A DNA stretch of 63,208 bases, the filler included, from Octopus bimaculoides (Eukaryota), in NCBI RefSeq assembly GCF_001194135.2. It is 3 parts of 3 records of this genome, joined end to end, with 100 filler letters (N's around TTAATTAATTAA, not from the genome) between each part and the next. Parts side by side here need not be neighbours in the genome. Positions count along the whole stretch, not along the records: positions 34,223 to 63,208 come from NC_068981.1; 2 more parts are not named here. One strand, 5' to 3'. The position numbers and the translations under genes were made by a program. The notes beneath the pieces are model-generated. The model made no database searches. It worked only from the letters and a program-made list of their open reading frames with translations, and was not told where the DNA came from. Every line of letters starts with the position of its first letter. The stretch's first letter is position 1. Shown in pieces: positions 62,890-63,208 of the stretch.

Positions 62890-63208
62890 TGCAGTCATCC
62901 TTTCATGTGTCGGATCTTTTTTAAAACGGGGGCCACATTTTTCATTAATGTTTTACGTAGTGTTTTTGTTACCGAAAGACTTTCAAACTTCGTATACTTA
63001 TCTATTTTTTGTTATAGAACAGAAAAATATTTTTGTATTCGAATTTATTTCATGTAAAAAATTGTCTTATTTCGATAATTTCAACCAATCACTGACATCC
63101 ACTCAGCCGATATACATTAAATGCCGACTACATAAACAAACGATTCTTCGTTTTATTTGCTTTTTTCATTTTAAATTTGCTTTAACCCTAACCCTAAGCC
63201 TAAGCCTA
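62890..63208 (+). mobile_element. Probable non-autonomous repeat with an internal (CCCTAA)n-like array, cut by the window end
   Basis: Ends TTTAACCCTAACCCTAAGCCTAAGCCTA. The repeat assignment rests on recollection of an abundant octopus element and cannot be confirmed within this window. Confidence 0.4.

Noticed and set aside
63183-63208. Chromosome telomere at the window end
   Set aside because: The array reads CCCTAA on the + strand at the right edge, the wrong polarity for a right-hand chromosome end, and it already contains GCCTAA variants. It is more likely interstitial.

Overview
Eukaryotic, AT-rich, repeat-dominated DNA. The SINE families and microsatellite density suggest an octopus (coleoid cephalopod); this is inferred from recollection, not from a search. 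I see no intact protein-coding gene, rRNA, true tRNA gene or CRISPR array, and most ORF-track entries are microsatellite or N-gap artefacts. Supportable content: three Tc1/mariner remnants (Hsmar1-like, a 5' HTH fragment, a DD37D/maT copy), several R4/Dong-clade LINE fragments, an RTE LINE, a Penelope GIY-YIG fragment, four to five Tx1/L1-type ORF1 (RRM plus CCHC knuckle) remnants, many SINEs, and decayed exon-like segments. Two 100-bp artificial spacers (44 N + TTAATTAATTAA + 44 N) split the window into three pieces whose adjacency is unproven. The best candidates for something new are (1) a tRNA-headed, SINE-like element fused to a Penelope-type tail with a minimal type I hammerhead ribozyme (8111-8411; deleted relatives at 17254 and 24749; a matching hammerhead-like motif lies downstream of the Penelope GIY-YIG ORF), and (2) a 3.8-kb element with 148-bp near-perfect terminal inverted repeats and a CAT target duplication (52803-56586) that carries a nested Helitron with a telomere-like array. 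All alignments and translations were done by eye, so boundaries of degenerate repeats are approximate.
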